From assembly GCA_963663225.1 (NCBI GenBank), contig OY760142.1, positions 1,856,001 to 1,920,000 of the forward strand: DNA of 64,000 nt, read 5' to 3'. Below the pieces are notes generated by a model. The model searched no databases. It saw only the letters and a list, made by a program, of their open reading frames with translations, and was not told the origin of the DNA. Made by a program: the position numbers and the translations under genes. The DNA comes from Nitrospirota bacterium (GTDB lineage Bacteria > Nitrospirota > UBA9217). Of the stretch, positions 62,403-64,000 are shown one piece after another; positions within the stretch are counted from its first letter, which is position 1, and each line of letters begins with the position of its first letter.

Positions 62403-63170
62403 CTATTTTTTTATTGAAGCGATACCGTCCTTCGCCGCATTCATCATCAGGAGTGTTTCGTTTGCCCAGAGGTTCAGGGTCATTCCTTTCGCGATCCACG
62501 GCATGAGGGCGTTCGCGGTCTGGAAGTGCGCGCCGGAGAACTTTTGCTTCTTTTTGGCGGCGGCAATAATCTTGTCCAGGGCCGCGACAAAATCAGGATG
62601 CTCAAACCGGCCCATGATGCCCATGCTCTGGCTCAAATCATTGGGACCGATGAAAGCGGCATCGATCCCGTCAACCGCGAGGAGAGCATCGATATTCTGC
62701 ACGCCGACGGGTGACTCAATCTGTACCATCAATATGGTTTCGTCATTTGCTTTTTTCATATACTCCACGGGATCGGCAATTTTCTCAAATCCGCTGTGTC
62801 CCCGAAGCAGCTGCACTCCTCTGTTGCCCAGCGGAGCATATTTGGCCAGGTCCACGAACAATCGGGCCTGTTCTGCTGTTTCGACATTGGGCAGCAGCAG
62901 TCCGCCTGCCCCCATGTCCAGGTATTTCTGCACGGCCTCGCGTCGAAGTTCGGGAATGCGCACCATCCCGCAGATGCCGGACTCACGCGCCACGGTAAGT
63001 ATCCTGGCGACGGTGGTGTAATCAAATGAGCCGTGTTCGCAGTCAATAATAAAATAGTCGAAACCGCAGACTTTGATGATTTTCGCGATTTCCGGATGAT
63101 CGAAGAGAACAACCATTGTTCCCAGAAGCTGTTCTCCTTTTTTCAGTTTTGTTTTCACGGTGTCGGTCAT
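62403..63170 (-). CDS. HpcH/HpaI aldolase family protein
   Basis: IDCEHG, VRIP, YAPLGNRG, QIES, FIGPNDL; ATG 63170 after AGGAG. Confidence 0.92.
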   Translation of the reverse strand: MTDTVKTKLKKGEQLLGTMVVLFDHPEIAKIIKVCGFDYFIIDCEHGSFDYTTVARILTVARESGICGMVRIPELRREAVQKYLDMGAGGLLLPNVETAEQARLFVDLAKYAPLGNRGVQLLRGHSGFEKIADPVEYMKKANDETILMVQIESPVGVQNIDALLAVDGIDAAFIGPNDLSQSMGIMGRFEHPDFVAALDKIIAAAKKKQKFSGAHFQTANALMPWIAKGMTLNLWANETLLMMNAAKDGIASIKK

Positions 63171-63254
63171 TATTGCTCCTCTCTGATTTCTGATGTTGTT
63201 GCCTGTGTTTTTTGACCGGGTGCCGGTGGCATGCACTGGAAGGTGTTGGGTGAT

Positions 63255-63494
63255 TCAACGCTTTGCGGATTTTTTGATTTTATCGACCACATCGGCGCCA
63301 AGACATTCCCTGGCAGAGGCACACCACTCTGCGCACGACGGTCCCAGGGGTCTTGCATGTAATGCACCGCACTCCTTGCAGAGGGTTTCCGTTTCATCAC
63401 TCCAAATCTCCAGCGCTGCACCGCATTTCCTGCATCGAATTTCTTCAGGCCAGGGTTGGCGGATTTCCCTGCTTCCGGGACAGTGCTCTTTCAT
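63255..63494 (-). CDS. Small Cys-rich zinc-ribbon protein
   Basis: CPG, CRKC, EIWSDE, CKEC, SCAEWC..AREC. Confidence 0.75.
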   Translation of the reverse strand: MKEHCPGSREIRQPWPEEIRCRKCGAALEIWSDETETLCKECGALHARPLGPSCAEWCASARECLGADVVDKIKKSAKR

Positions 63495-63533
63495 ATGCGG
63501 GAGCCTCTCAAGAGTGACCCAAAAAGGGAGGTG

Positions 63534-64000
63534 TTATTTTTGCCTATCATCGTCGACAATCTGTATTTTCAGATTGTAGGGAATGATCGCCCGGTTGATC
63601 TCGATGGGAATAAAGAGATTGACGGTTTTCCCCTTCAAGTCGGACGCGCTGAATCCCTCTTGGCCGAGCAGAGGCTTTACTTCATACTGCCCCGTTTTGG
63701 AAGACACGGACACATGCTCTATCGGGGTTATAGCCTCCTGGATGGATTTCCCCGGCAGCACGGTCTGGTCAGGAACAGGGTTGTTCCTGTCCTGATACCG
63801 GACGCCGGAATTCATAAGCCGGAAACGCCGCGCGTGAATGTCCGTGTATTCGCTTCGCTCCCAAAGAATTTTCAGGGGATGGTCGGAAAGATTTTTAATC
63901 CCCGCCTGGAACGAAGTTTCGCCGACGATAAGGGAAATTGAAATCATTTTGTCCTGGAATGACAGGTCTTCCGACGGGGCCGGCGCCAGGAGGCGGTATT
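63534..64000 (-). CDS. Hypothetical protein, 5' end beyond the window
   Basis: Frame is open to the window edge (YRLLAPAPSEDLSFQDKMIS...). Confidence 0.7.
   Translation of the reverse strand, partial: YRLLAPAPSEDLSFQDKMISISLIVGETSFQAGIKNLSDHPLKILWERSEYTDIHARRFRLMNSGVRYQDRNNPVPDQTVLPGKSIQEAITPIEHVSVSSKTGQYEVKPLLGQEGFSASDLKGKTVNLFIPIEINRAIIPYNLKIQIVDDDRQK

Overview
Bacterial chromosome segment; gene content suggests an anaerobe of Nitrospirota/Desulfobacterota type (inference only). Left end: housekeeping genes (partial nrdJ, ttcA, class V aminotransferase-serA-purA) and a tRNA-Lys/tRNA-Glu pair. The tRNA-Glu 3' end is an integration hotspot with a tandem array of three elements. The first is an apparently intact ~9.4-kb AT-rich island (tyrosine integrase, Xis-like HTH, Rep_trans rolling-circle initiator, Type III restriction-modification) bounded by perfect 45-bp att repeats. 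The second is a decayed island with an integrase 3' fragment, lipoproteins and a TylF-type methyltransferase. The third is a remnant closely related to the first. The rest holds an orphan motAB pair, three sensor kinases, a 7-repeat beta-propeller lipoprotein, iorAB-paaK-transporter, a stress cluster (csp, hsp20, Fur/PerR, bfr), an MCP, an ABC importer, TPM proteins, aroK and aspS. Best finding missed by the ORF track: an exported DUF1573-type protein (4587-5009) whose conserved CGC motif reads TGA-G-C, followed by a bacterial SECIS-like hairpin, i.e. a probable selenoprotein. A small dispersed two-hairpin repeat family resembling IS200/IS605 ends is also present. All family calls come from motif recognition by eye; no database searches were run.
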